Positions 1 through 10,499 of a stretch of 58,480 bases of DNA are shown one piece after another. The stretch is from an uncultured Gammaproteobacteria bacterium (GTDB lineage: Bacteria > Patescibacteriota > Microgenomatia > CAYGWK01), in contig CAZAPL010000033.1 of assembly GCA_964487495.1 (NCBI GenBank), forward strand, positions 1-58,480. The letters run 5' to 3'. The notes below the pieces were generated by a model. It worked only from the letters and a program-made list of their open reading frames with translations, had not been told where the DNA came from and did not search any database. The position numbers and the translations under genes are program-made. Positions within the stretch are counted from its first letter, which is position 1, and each line of letters begins with the position of its first letter.

Positions 1-52
1 AATTAAGAATTGCCAAATTCTTGGGCAAGAGCAGGTAAGGCAAATATTTTTA

Positions 53-334
53 ATGGTTTTAAAAGATTTTTTGGAGAATAAGATTAGTTTAAACACTTTC
101 TCTTCGGTTAGTTGTGAGTTATATTATGAACTTAACAAACCTCACGAGATTGATATTTATTATGAAAAGGATTTAGCCAAAGCTTTGTTTGATGCGATAG
201 ATATTTTTTATTACTATTCTCATCAAGATGAAGATCCTGGGAATAAAAAAATTTATGAAGCTCAAATAAAAAATCTTAAGGAATACTACGAAAAAAACAA
301 GCATCTTCTTAAAAATTTTTATTCTGAGATTTAA
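53..334 (+). CDS. small hypothetical protein, possibly colicin-D-type (self-protective colicin-like) immunity protein
   Basis: 93-aa ORF. The FLENKISLNTFS start, LFDAIDIF...DEDP middle and acidic/Tyr-rich tail recall the colicin-like immunity family. Recognised by eye only. Confidence 0.35.
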   Translation: MVLKDFLENKISLNTFSSVSCELYYELNKPHEIDIYYEKDLAKALFDAIDIFYYYSHQDEDPGNKKIYEAQIKNLKEYYEKNKHLLKNFYSEI

Positions 335-474
335 GTTGCCTTTTACTGTGTGGTTTATTTTATTTCTTCCTCCGGGGAAAATTCGGTAAGCAAGTTTATT
401 GATTCTTGAGAGAAAAAACAACAGGTAAAAATTTTAAGAATTCCTCAGTATCTTAAGGAATGGGCCTTTAATGA

Positions 475-1143
475 TTATTCCCCACATCAAGAAACTTTCC
501 GGTAGGCCCTTTTGGGAAATTAGATTTTTGGGAAAGGTTACGAAACATTAATCCTTCTTCTGGTTGGGCTAAAAGAAAAAACTTTAAAAAAGAAAGAGTA
601 AGATATTCTCCTAAAGTTAAAGATTTTGGTTATCTAGAGATAGATACCGCGGTAATGTTTCTTTTGGGAATGAAGTTTTATGTTTACAATGCTTTAGATA
701 TTAAACTGAAGTTTAAGTTTGCCTTAGCTTACAAAAAAGCTAATGTTTCCAATACTTTGGATTTCTTTAGTAAGCTTGAGAAAGTTTATCCTTTAAAGGA
801 TGGCATTAAAACAGTCCAAACAGATAATGGTTCTGAATACTTAGGTTTTTTCCATCAATATCTAACCAAAAAAGGGATTACTCATCTTTTTATCTATCCC
901 AGATGCCCAAAGATTAATAGCTTTGTAGAAAGGGCAAACAGAACCTTAAAAGAAGAATTCTTAAATGAATATCAAGACTTAGCCTTAACTGATATTAATC
1001 TTTTAAACAAGGAGCTTGTTAAATATTTAATTTGGTATAATACTCAAAGACCACATGAAGCACTTAATTACAAATCACCAATTGATTATCTTTTAGAAGT
1101 CTCCCCAGAGTCTCAAATGTATGTGACCTGTACACCCTCTTGA
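475..1143 (+). pseudogene. 5'-truncated DDE (rve/integrase-core) transposase remnant
   Basis: The frame of ORF 655-1143 stays open back to 475 (TGA at 472-474). It carries LEIDT, QTDNGSEY and YNTQRPHEALNYKSPIDYL motifs of the rve catalytic core. No N-terminal HTH region, no long upstream ORF, no inverted repeats recognised. Confidence 0.7.
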
Positions 1144-1193
1144 CAAAATTTTATTTTTTTTATAAAATAGCACTTGCTTGGTAAGATTGCCAA
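1140..1193 (+). promoter_or_regulatory. groESL promoter (TTGACA-17-TAAAAT) with a degenerate CIRCE-like operator
   Basis: TTGACA at 1140-1145 and TAAAAT at 1163-1168. ATAGCACTT-N9-GATTGCCAA at 1167-1193 matches the CIRCE consensus TTAGCACTC-N9-GAGTGCTAA at 14 of 18 positions with correct 9-nt spacing. Confidence 0.45.
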
Positions 1194-1214
1194 GTTATTT
1201 TTTCTCCAAAAATT

Positions 1215-1517
1215 ATGAGCAAGTTAAAAATTAAACCAACAGCAGGATACGTTTTAATTGAGCCGGTAAAGGCGGAAAGGGAAACGCCCTCAGGAATTGT
1301 TTTGCCCGAATCACATGAAGAAAAACCTCAAAAGGGAAAAGTTTTAGCAGTTGGGCCAAGTGAAATTTGTGATTGTGGCAAAGGGAAAAGAGATGCTCCT
1401 TGCAATGTTGGTGAATTTGTGATTTATAAAAAATGGGCAGGAAATGAGATTAAGATTGAAGATAAAGAATATTTGTTTGTAAAATTTGAGGATATTCTTG
1501 CTGTGGAGGAGAATTAA
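1215..1517 (+). CDS. groES: co-chaperonin GroES
   Basis: 100 aa. KIKPTAGYVLIEP...GIVLPES...KGKVLAVGP...FEDILAV is the Cpn10 pattern, and the gene lies 4 nt upstream of groEL. Confidence 0.95.
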   Translation: MSKLKIKPTAGYVLIEPVKAERETPSGIVLPESHEEKPQKGKVLAVGPSEICDCGKGKRDAPCNVGEFVIYKKWAGNEIKIEDKEYLFVKFEDILAVEEN

Positions 1518-3149
<1,632 letters not shown>

Positions 3150-3157
3150 GAGAATTT

Positions 3158-3916
3158 TTAATTAGCCTGTCTAAGATGAAGAATGGTTAAGGGGTTAAGA
3201 TGCCGATTTTCTTCTAAAACTTCAAGATGTAGATGATCACCAGAAGAATTGCCACTTGAGCCTACTTCCCCAATGGCTTTATTGATATCAACTTTATCGC
3301 CTACAGAAACTTCAATTTTGGAAAGATGCCCATAAATTGACCTTAGACCACAACCATGATTTATGATAATGTGATTGCCTAAACCGAAGCGTTTAAAAAA
3401 GACTGCCTCAACCACACCCTCAGCAATTGGGTAGACAAGATCTCCTTTTGAACCGTCAAGATCAATTGCCTGATGAAATAAACTAAATCCTTGAGTAATC
3501 TTTACTTCATCGAGGGGAAAACGAAAACTAGTTTTAGTGGTTAGTTCAATTGTTTTTAGAGAAAGAGTTTTTGTTTCGTTGTCTGAAATCATGTTGAAAG
3601 CAGAAGCCCTTGGGGAGAAAAAGGAAGAAGTTAAAACTAATAATATTAAGTTCCCACCTAAGATAGTTTTGATTTTTCTTTTTTCAAATAGACAGCGAAA
3701 TAATCTAGAAAATTTTGATCCCGAACGGATATTTTTTAAGGTTTCAAAAATTCCCTTTTTAGGATGGCAAGTTTTCCGCTTGGTTAAGCGGCGAGAGGGT
3801 AAATTTAAGAAAGTTTTTGACATCTTTTGGAAAGATTTTATTATGGGGCAGATAAAAAAAATTCTCCGCTTCCGGAGAACTGAAGAAATTTTAGCAAAGA
3901 AAGAAGGCTTTGTCAA
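3158..3916 (-). CDS. M23 (LytM-type) peptidoglycan metallopeptidase, membrane anchored
   Basis: C-terminal HQAIDL...GNHIIINHG...YGHLS...GSSGNSSGDHLHLEV is the M23 pattern, with a TM segment upstream. The true start may be an internal Met. Confidence 0.8.
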   Translation of the reverse strand: MTKPSFFAKISSVLRKRRIFFICPIIKSFQKMSKTFLNLPSRRLTKRKTCHPKKGIFETLKNIRSGSKFSRLFRCLFEKRKIKTILGGNLILLVLTSSFFSPRASAFNMISDNETKTLSLKTIELTTKTSFRFPLDEVKITQGFSLFHQAIDLDGSKGDLVYPIAEGVVEAVFFKRFGLGNHIIINHGCGLRSIYGHLSKIEVSVGDKVDINKAIGEVGSSGNSSGDHLHLEVLEENRHLNPLTILHLRQAN

Positions 3917-3979
3917 ATTTTAACGTAAACCTTTTGGGAATTGTCAATTTTTGGCGAAAATAGAGTATAATTATAAACT

Positions 3980-4459
3980 ATGGGATCAAAAGAGAGAGAT
4001 GGGGGAATATTAGGAAGAGTAAGAAAGGAAATAATGGTAGAAAGATGGAAAAAGATATTAGAAGAGGTTACAAATTTTTACCAAAGTTTTAGGATTGGTA
4101 AGGAGTTAAACCTTAGTGATGTTGAAGATAATTTTTTTATTCTTTGTCTAATACGTGATTTTTTAAGAAAGAAAGGAACTCTTCCTCTTCCCTCTTCTTT
4201 AATTTTTTGGGTTTTTTGTTTTTTTCAAGATCCGGAAAATGACCGCTATCTATTGCTTAGAGAAACAGAGAAAAAGATAGAAAATTTTCCTTCTAATCTT
4301 CTTTCAGATGATAATAAAAGAGAAATTGTTTTGGCTTCTAATTTAATTACTGCTTATCTTTTTGGAAATGCTGCAGAAGATAGTGAAGATAGAAGAAGAG
4401 AAAAAATTTTGGCATTAATTGGAAAAATTAGAGAAAGAAGAGAAAGAGGGGAAAATTGA
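3980..4459 (+). CDS. hypothetical protein
   Basis: 159-aa ORF with no recognisable family. TATAAT at 3966-3971 lies 8 nt upstream of the ATG. Confidence 0.45.
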   Translation: MGSKERDGGILGRVRKEIMVERWKKILEEVTNFYQSFRIGKELNLSDVEDNFFILCLIRDFLRKKGTLPLPSSLIFWVFCFFQDPENDRYLLLRETEKKIENFPSNLLSDDNKREIVLASNLITAYLFGNAAEDSEDRRREKILALIGKIRERRERGEN

Positions 4460-4503
4460 TTTTTTCTCTTTTGATTGATAGAATATTCTTTGAAATAATT
4501 TTT

Positions 4504-4578
4504 GACCTGGTGGCTGAGTGGTTTAAGCATCGGTCTGCAAAACCGATTACGGGGGTTCGATTCCCCCCCAGGTCTCCA
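4504..4578 (+). tRNA. tRNA-Cys (anticodon GCA) with encoded CCA
   Basis: Cloverleaf by eye: acceptor GACCTGG/CCAGGTC, anticodon stem TCGGT/ACCGA with loop CTGCAAA, T arm GGGGG-TTCGATT-CCCCC, discriminator T, CCA at 4576-4578. Confidence 0.9.
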
Positions 4579-5453
4579 TGAAGAGAACGGTTTTTTTGAT
4601 AATTGTTTTGACTTTGATTTTTTTGGTTATTGGTCTTATTGTCAAAAACACATTTTTTAAGCCTGCTAACGCTGCCTTGAAAATTGATTCGATCCCTTCG
4701 GCAAATATTTTCTTAGATGGAAAACCTTTAGGAAAAACTCCCTATGAGGAAAAAAATCTTCCCCCTGGCGAAAAGAACTTAAAACTTGTTCCTGAGGGAG
4801 GAAGTTTTTACCCTTGGGAGACAAAGATAAAGCTTACTTCAAAGACGGAGACGGTAGTTAAAAGAGAATTTAGGGAAAGTGAAGCAAAGTCAAGTGGAGA
4901 AATAATTAGTCTTGAAAAGGGCATTGACAAAAAGACGGCTTCTCTTTCGATTGTTTCTATCCCTGATTCTGTAAGGGTTTCTTTAAATGGAGAAGATAAA
5001 GGTTTTACCCCTTTGGTTTTGGAAAAACTTTCTCAAGATGAGGTTTCAATTCTTTTTTCTTCTCCGGGTTTTAGGGAGAAAACAATAAGAACTAAACTTT
5101 TCCCAGGATTTAGGACGAATATTTTGGTTAAGTTGGCAGAGGAAGAAGAAAAAACAGAAGAAAAAGGAGAAGAAGAGTCAACTGCTGAACCTAAGGCTAC
5201 CTCTACTCCCTCCCCAAAAAGCGTTAGCCCCACCGTTACGCCCCCCCCTCGGCCCTATATTGAAATTAAAAATACACCTACCGGTTGGCTTCGTGTTCGT
5301 CTTGAACCTTCAACATCGGCATCTGAAGCAGCCAAGGTTTATCCTGGAGAAAAATACCCTCTTTTAGAAGAAAAACTTGGCTGGTATAAGATTGAATATA
5401 AAAAGGGAGAAGAAGGTTGGGTGGCTGGTCAATACTGTGAGAAATACGAGTAG
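4578..5453 (+). CDS. membrane-anchored PEGA-domain protein with Pro/Thr/Ser linker and C-terminal SH3b-like domain
   Basis: N-terminal TM and two PEGA-like repeats (IDSIPSANIFLDGKPLGKTPYE; IVSIPDSVRVSLNGEDKGFTPL). An E/K-rich then PT/S-rich linker leads to a GWLRVR...GWYKIEY...GWVAGQY SH3b-like end. Confidence 0.65.
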   Translation: MKRTVFLIIVLTLIFLVIGLIVKNTFFKPANAALKIDSIPSANIFLDGKPLGKTPYEEKNLPPGEKNLKLVPEGGSFYPWETKIKLTSKTETVVKREFRESEAKSSGEIISLEKGIDKKTASLSIVSIPDSVRVSLNGEDKGFTPLVLEKLSQDEVSILFSSPGFREKTIRTKLFPGFRTNILVKLAEEEEKTEEKGEEESTAEPKATSTPSPKSVSPTVTPPPRPYIEIKNTPTGWLRVRLEPSTSASEAAKVYPGEKYPLLEEKLGWYKIEYKKGEEGWVAGQYCEKYE

Positions 5454-5456
5454 AAA

Positions 5457-6395
5457 TTAATCTTTGCCTCCATAGATTATTAAAATTATTAAAGCCCCCC
5501 AGATAAAAGCACTTAAAAGCAGGGGTTTATCTGAAAGAAGAACCCTTTCTGGAGATTCCGCTTTCCCCCCCTCATGGATAATTTTAAGGTATCTCATGAT
5601 TCCATAAATTACAATTGGGATAGTGATCATAAGCCATTTGTTAATTCCGGCAAAAGTTAAAGGGAAACGACTAATGATTGGAAAAAATGGTAAGAAATAA
5701 TTTTGAGGAGGCGGTTCAAAAAAAGTAAAAAGAGCCCAAGAAATCCAAGCCGAAGAGGCAAACATTGAAAGGTAGTTATCCAGGAGAGAAGGAGAATAAA
5801 GAGCCAGTGTTTGGCGATGGGATGGGGCTGCTTCGTTTAGAATTGTCATCTCTGCCTTTCTTTTGCCGACTGCTAAAAAAAGGGCTAAGGAGATAACGCA
5901 AAGGAGGAACCAAACAGAAAGATGAACACCAATGGCTACTGCCCCAGCATAGACTCGAAGAATAAAGGAGGCGGCAATTGCCAAAACATCAAGAACGGCA
6001 ATGTTTTTAAGAAAAAGAGAATAAATTATTTGGAGGGAAAGGTAAGTTAATATAATTAGCAAAAAAAAGAAAGATAAAAAAACTCCTAGATATAGACTAA
6101 GGAAGATACCGGAGATAGCAATAAAAAAAGCCAGGGGGATTGCTAATGTTCCCTTGGCAATTGGGCGGAATTTTTTAAAGGGATGAAGACGATCTTTTTT
6201 TACATCAGCAATATCATTTAAAAGGTAACAGGATGAGGTAAGAATTGTGAAGATAAAGGTTGCCAAAAGAATAATAATAAACTTTTGAAAATCAAAAAGA
6301 TTGCCAGAAAAAACTAAGGCAGCAAAAAGAGCAAGGTTTTTTAACCATTGTCTTGGTCTTGCCGACCTTGCCAGTTCTTTAAGTAATTTAGCCAC
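5457..6395 (-). CDS. UbiA-family prenyl-phosphate phosphoribosyltransferase (DPPR-synthase-like)
   Basis: ARPRQWLKNLALFAALVF and NDIADVKKDRLHPFKKFRPIAKG motifs in a polytopic membrane protein. Start set at GTG 6395, because the ORF-track ATG at 6500 would overlap the upstream gene by 160 nt. Confidence 0.75.
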   Translation of the reverse strand: MAKLLKELARSARPRQWLKNLALFAALVFSGNLFDFQKFIIILLATFIFTILTSSCYLLNDIADVKKDRLHPFKKFRPIAKGTLAIPLAFFIAISGIFLSLYLGVFLSFFFLLIILTYLSLQIIYSLFLKNIAVLDVLAIAASFILRVYAGAVAIGVHLSVWFLLCVISLALFLAVGKRKAEMTILNEAAPSHRQTLALYSPSLLDNYLSMFASSAWISWALFTFFEPPPQNYFLPFFPIISRFPLTFAGINKWLMITIPIVIYGIMRYLKIIHEGGKAESPERVLLSDKPLLLSAFIWGALIILIIYGGKD

Positions 6396-7447
6396 ATCAG
6401 CACTCCTCCAATTAATACTCCAAGCATAATTATTGTATAGAATTTTTGTTTTGAATTCAAATTTAAGGCTAATAATCCTAAAATAGCGGTGGTTAGCCAA
6501 TAAAAGATGGCAATTTTTCTTTTACTCCACCCAAGGTCAAAAAGGCGATGATGAAGATGGCCGCGATCTCCTAAAAAGGGAGAGCGGCGGTGATAAATTC
6601 GGCGAATTATGGTATAGACGCCATCAGTTAAAGGCAAACCAAGAACCAAGATAGCGGTTGCAATTTTTGCCCCAGAAAGAATAGAAAGGACGGCTAGTAA
6701 AAATCCCCCAAGGGTAGAACCACCATATCCCGGCATAATTTTTTGGGGGAAAATGTGGAAGGGGAGAAAACCAAGGTAGGCACCGGCGGTGATGGCTGCT
6801 AAAATAGCAACATTCCATTGAGTGATGTCTTCGGTGAAGCGAGAAGAAAGAAGAGCAATGGTTATAGCGGCTATGGGAATCATGCCTGAAATTTGGCCGT
6901 CAATTCCGGATGACCAATTAACCATATTCATACACCAGACAATCCAAAAAAGAGCAAGAATGTCAGAAAAAAGCCAAATGCTTCTGGTTTTTCCTAATAA
7001 ATTAAAATAAATTTGAGGATGAGAAAGATCGATTATTCCTCCAAAGGGATTGGAGACAAAAGAAATTCCAATTCCTGAGCCAACGACAAAGATTGCCGAA
7101 AGGAAACAAGTAAAGAGTCTAAGGAAGGGGTTAAGGTCGTATTTGTCATCTAAAACGCCAATAAATACCGCCAGGGTGGCCCCGCTTATGATCCCTAAAA
7201 GGTGCTTGTCAAAATTTAGGAAAATTAAAGAAGCGCCAATAAGGGCAAAGAGAATAGGAATTCCTCCTCCTCTGGGGACAGGGTAGGTATGAATAATTTT
7301 TGGATGTTTTTTCTTGCTTGGGTCGTCAATTAATCCTATTTTTTTGACAATTTTAATAACTAAGGGGGTAGAAATTAAAGAGATTAAAAAGGAAATGACA
7401 AGTGGCGGTAAGATATTTTTCCAGAAAACCAAAAAATCAAGATTCAT
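6341..7447 (-). CDS. polyprenyl-phosphate HexNAc-1-phosphate transferase (GT4 family, WecA/TagO-like)
   Basis: PVPRGGGIPI, VLDDKYDL, NMVNWSSGIDGQ and GDRGHLHHRL motifs with about 10 TM segments. The PRGGG and HLHHR motifs favour WecA-type over MraY. Confidence 0.8.
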   Translation of the reverse strand: MNLDFLVFWKNILPPLVISFLISLISTPLVIKIVKKIGLIDDPSKKKHPKIIHTYPVPRGGGIPILFALIGASLIFLNFDKHLLGIISGATLAVFIGVLDDKYDLNPFLRLFTCFLSAIFVVGSGIGISFVSNPFGGIIDLSHPQIYFNLLGKTRSIWLFSDILALFWIVWCMNMVNWSSGIDGQISGMIPIAAITIALLSSRFTEDITQWNVAILAAITAGAYLGFLPFHIFPQKIMPGYGGSTLGGFLLAVLSILSGAKIATAILVLGLPLTDGVYTIIRRIYHRRSPFLGDRGHLHHRLFDLGWSKRKIAIFYWLTTAILGLLALNLNSKQKFYTIIMLGVLIGGVLMWLNYLKNWQGRQDQDNG

Positions 7448-7451
7448 TTGA

Positions 7452-7778
7452 TTAAATCACTAAAATTAAAATTTTAAATAATCCTATAAAAGAAAGAAAA
7501 GAAAAAACAACCACTCCTCCATAGGCTATTTTTAGAAGGAAAAGATCAGGTTTTAGGAATTTAACTAAAATAGTTGTTAAAAGATAGAAAACCAAAGAAG
7601 AAAAGGGAAGAAGTAAAAGATTTAACGGTTTTCCTAATTGTTCTTCACCCCATGGCAGAGAATAGAATAGAGGAACTTCGGGGGGGAGTTTATTCCAGAA
7701 GATTATTAAGGAAAGAAAAGAAATTCCAATAAAGAAAAGAATAATTTTTTTTTCGATATTGACTAAATTATTTTCCAT
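7452..7778 (-). CDS. small polytopic membrane protein
   Basis: 108-aa ORF with three hydrophobic segments, tightly packed between glycan genes. Confidence 0.5.
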   Translation of the reverse strand: MENNLVNIEKKIILFFIGISFLSLIIFWNKLPPEVPLFYSLPWGEEQLGKPLNLLLLPFSSLVFYLLTTILVKFLKPDLFLLKIAYGGVVVFSFLSFIGLFKILILVI

Positions 7779-7780
7779 TT

Positions 7781-9226
7781 TTAATAAAGGGGGGGAATTT
7801 TTTTATGATAAACTTTTGCTTCATCAAAACTATTAAAAAGAAAATAGTTTTCTTCTAGAATTTTTTTCAGTTCAGGGAAGGGTTTTGGTTCGTCTTGAAG
7901 ATCGATTATAAATTTCGGTTTTTTCTCTTTTATTAAAGAGATGGTTTCTGCAAATCCGTTAAAATCGATAATATGATAAGAAACAGTATAACGACCCAAG
8001 GGAAGTCGGCCTGATAAAGCATAAATACAGGCGGAGTCTCCCCAGATAAAAACTCTTTCGTTTTTTGAGGTACTTAGGATAAGAAATTTTGAGATTTCGT
8101 AATTTCTTTTTATCTTTTGACCAAAGGCAGAAAGGTAGCTTTCCCCAAAGTCTTTTTTAAATGTCGCTTTTGCAAATTTCTTGTAAGGTTCAATCGGTGA
8201 ATAAATCCAAAATTGGAAGTAGAAAAAAGAAAAAAGGAAAAGAGCCAAAGAAAAAGAGAGAAGAAGGTGTTCTGTTGGTTTTTTCTTAATTAAAAGAGAT
8301 GATAAAAGAAGGGAAAATGAGGGGAGAACCTGGATTAGATAGTGGGGATATGGCCGTCCAGAGAGAGTGGCACCAAAAAGAGAAAAGGAAAACCAAAGAA
8401 GAAGGAAAAGGAGAGATTCTTCTATTTTTTTTCTTTTGAGAAAAAGAAAAAAGGTAAATAAAAAAAGGAGAATTAATCTTGGATAAGGTGTGCTTCCCCA
8501 TGAAGAGACATAAGAGACGTTTTGGAAGAAAAAAGCAGAAAGATAGTATTTTAAGGCATTTTTTGACCAAAAGAAGATAAAGGTTAAAAAAATAGGAAAG
8601 AGAAAACCAAAAGAAAAAATTAAGGAATTTAAGAAATTGGCCCAATTTCTTTTCGAAAAGTTAAATAGAAAAATAAATAAAAAAATGGCAGCAAAATCAA
8701 AAGCTGCCGGAACTTTGAAGAGAAAAGATATAGAAAATAAAAGCCCGCTTATAAAAAAAATTAATTTTGATTGATTTCTAAAGGGAAATATTAAAATAAT
8801 TCCCAAGATGACAGGGAGAATCATAAAATTTTCCGCATTTGCCACTCCTGCTTCAAAAAGAGGAATCGAAGAAAGAAAAGAAAAAATTAGGGTTGAAATT
8901 TTAACCATTTTTTCATCCTTTGGAAAAAATCTTTTAGCAAGGAGAAAAAACAAAAAAATAGTTAATAATCCAGAAAAAAGAAGAATAGTTCTAAACCAAA
9001 AAAGATTTCCTGAGAAAGCAGCAAGGAGATAAAGGAGAGGGGGTTTGTTATCATGAATATCGCGGTAAAGAAGAAGACCCCTTTTTATGGCGTGGCCTAA
9101 AGTCAGATAAATACATTCATCTCCATAAGAATAGGGTTCCAAAAGCGAGGGCATTCTTAGAAAAAAAGCCATCGCTATTCCTAAAATTAGCCACAGTGGG
9201 AATTTGTGTTTTCCTTTTTGAACCAT
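7781..9226 (-). CDS. GT-C fold glycosyltransferase (ArnT/PMT-like, GT39/GT83)
   Basis: YGDECIYLTLG...DIHDNKPPLLYLL N-terminal loop motif, many TM segments and a soluble C-terminal domain. An alternative Met at 9172 would remove the overlap with the upstream gene. Confidence 0.65.
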   Translation of the reverse strand: MVQKGKHKFPLWLILGIAMAFFLRMPSLLEPYSYGDECIYLTLGHAIKRGLLLYRDIHDNKPPLLYLLAAFSGNLFWFRTILLFSGLLTIFLFFLLAKRFFPKDEKMVKISTLIFSFLSSIPLFEAGVANAENFMILPVILGIILIFPFRNQSKLIFFISGLLFSISFLFKVPAAFDFAAIFLFIFLFNFSKRNWANFLNSLIFSFGFLFPIFLTFIFFWSKNALKYYLSAFFFQNVSYVSSWGSTPYPRLILLFLFTFFLFLKRKKIEESLLFLLLWFSFSLFGATLSGRPYPHYLIQVLPSFSLLLSSLLIKKKPTEHLLLSFSLALFLFSFFYFQFWIYSPIEPYKKFAKATFKKDFGESYLSAFGQKIKRNYEISKFLILSTSKNERVFIWGDSACIYALSGRLPLGRYTVSYHIIDFNGFAETISLIKEKKPKFIIDLQDEPKPFPELKKILEENYFLFNSFDEAKVYHKKIPPLY

Positions 9227-10491
9227 AAGAGATAAAGATTTTTAAAATCGATTTTCTCTTCAAAAGTATATCCTGGTAATTTAATTTTTCCCGGATCTCC
9301 ACTTGATATTACCATAATTTTTTCTTTATTAGGAAGAATTTTTATAATATCTTTTTCTTCCATTAGGGCGGTTCCTGTGTAAAAAGGAAGAGACCCTTCG
9401 GGGAGATAAATTGGAGCATTAAGACCATAATATTTTGATTCAAAAAGATGGTGAGCCTGGTCATTATAGTTAATTAAGCCATATTCTGGTTTAAGATTTT
9501 CTTTAACGTAATTTGCAAGCTCTCTAAACGGTCTTTTAGTTGGATGGGTAAAATAATGCCAATCAATAACCATTAAAGAGAAAATAACTAGAAAAATAAA
9601 AGTTAAGGAAAAAGTTCTTCTTGGTGATACCAAAATAAGAATAATTGGAGGAACACAATAAAGAAGATATCGATCATAGAAGATTGAAGATTTTACCAGA
9701 GAGATAGAAAAGGTAAGAGTAATGGGGATGATTGCCCAGGATAAAAGAAATAAATCCTTTCCCCAATCTTTAAATTTTCGGAAGAAAAGAATAAATAATA
9801 TTCCTAAAAAAACGGCCTTTTGGAGAAAATGTTTTTCTGTTCCCAATAAAAAATTTCCAAAAAGATCAATAACCGATTTAAAGGTTGGTTTGCTTAGCCA
9901 AAACCCACTTTGGACAAGAGAGGTTTGATAGTAAAGAGGGTAAAGCCAAGGAAGATATCCTAAGCCAATGATTAAATAAGGCTTAAGAGAAGAGAAAAAA
10001 TTTTTTCTGGTGATACCTTTTATTATCCAAAATAATTGGGTAAGAACTAAAAAAATAGAAAAATGATGAGTGTAGAGAGCGGCAAGGGTAGAAATGATAT
10101 AAAGGGTCCATTTCTTTTTAAGAAAAAAATACATCGATGAAGTCGTGGTTAAAAGAAGGAGGGAATACATTCTCCCCTCAAATCCATATCGGAAAAGAAA
10201 TGGGTTGAGAAAGGCAAGTAAGAAAGTTAAAAAGGGATATTTTTCTTCCTCCCAGAGACTTTTTCCGATTAAGAAGACGAAGAAGGAGGCAGCAAGAAAA
10301 AAGAGAAAAGAAAGGCAACGGATAGATGGTTCGCTGGTCCCAAAAATTTTCATCCAGATATGGAGCAGAAGATAGTATAAAGGCGGCGAGGTATCCTTTG
10401 AGACAATGGTTATAATTTTCCAAATTGGTTTTACTGCCAAAGTGGCAGCCCAGGCTTCATCACCCCAAAGCGAACTATCAAATTGCGTCAT
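9187..10491 (-). CDS. GT-C fold glycosyltransferase (ArnT/PMT-like, GT39/GT83)
   Basis: SLWGDEAWAA...DTSPPLYYLLLH motif, polytopic, with a C-terminal soluble domain. Confidence 0.7.
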   Translation of the reverse strand: MTQFDSSLWGDEAWAATLAVKPIWKIITIVSKDTSPPLYYLLLHIWMKIFGTSEPSIRCLSFLFFLAASFFVFLIGKSLWEEEKYPFLTFLLAFLNPFLFRYGFEGRMYSLLLLTTTSSMYFFLKKKWTLYIISTLAALYTHHFSIFLVLTQLFWIIKGITRKNFFSSLKPYLIIGLGYLPWLYPLYYQTSLVQSGFWLSKPTFKSVIDLFGNFLLGTEKHFLQKAVFLGILFILFFRKFKDWGKDLFLLSWAIIPITLTFSISLVKSSIFYDRYLLYCVPPIILILVSPRRTFSLTFIFLVIFSLMVIDWHYFTHPTKRPFRELANYVKENLKPEYGLINYNDQAHHLFESKYYGLNAPIYLPEGSLPFYTGTALMEEKDIIKILPNKEKIMVISSGDPGKIKLPGYTFEEKIDFKNLYLLWFKKENTNSHCG

Positions 10492-10499
10492 TTTCTAAA

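Noticed and set aside
5-22. Hairpin AAGAATT-GCCA-AATTCTT at the very start of the window
   Set aside because: The stem is short (7 bp) and AT-rich, with no T-tract. The upstream context is missing, so it cannot be assigned as a terminator or operator.
427-504. Off-frame peptide ...IPQYLKEWAFNDYSPHQETFR, reminiscent of a transposase C-terminal W..YN..RPHQ motif
   Set aside because: The match is short and weak. It could be debris of a second element copy, but it cannot be supported without a database search.
3537-3923. 128-aa plus-strand ORF opposite the M23 peptidase gene, and similar shadow ORFs (e.g. 1450-1795, 8286-8645, 10425-10848, 40970-41383, 54097-54479)
   Set aside because: These are low-complexity antisense or off-frame ORFs lying entirely within genes that have strong family signatures. 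They are typical AT-rich shadow ORFs.
6396-6500. ATG-initiated 5' extension of the UbiA-family ORF
   Set aside because: It would overlap the WecA-like gene by 160 nt, and its residues are not part of the family. A GTG at 6395 sits just before the conserved ARPRQWLKN start.
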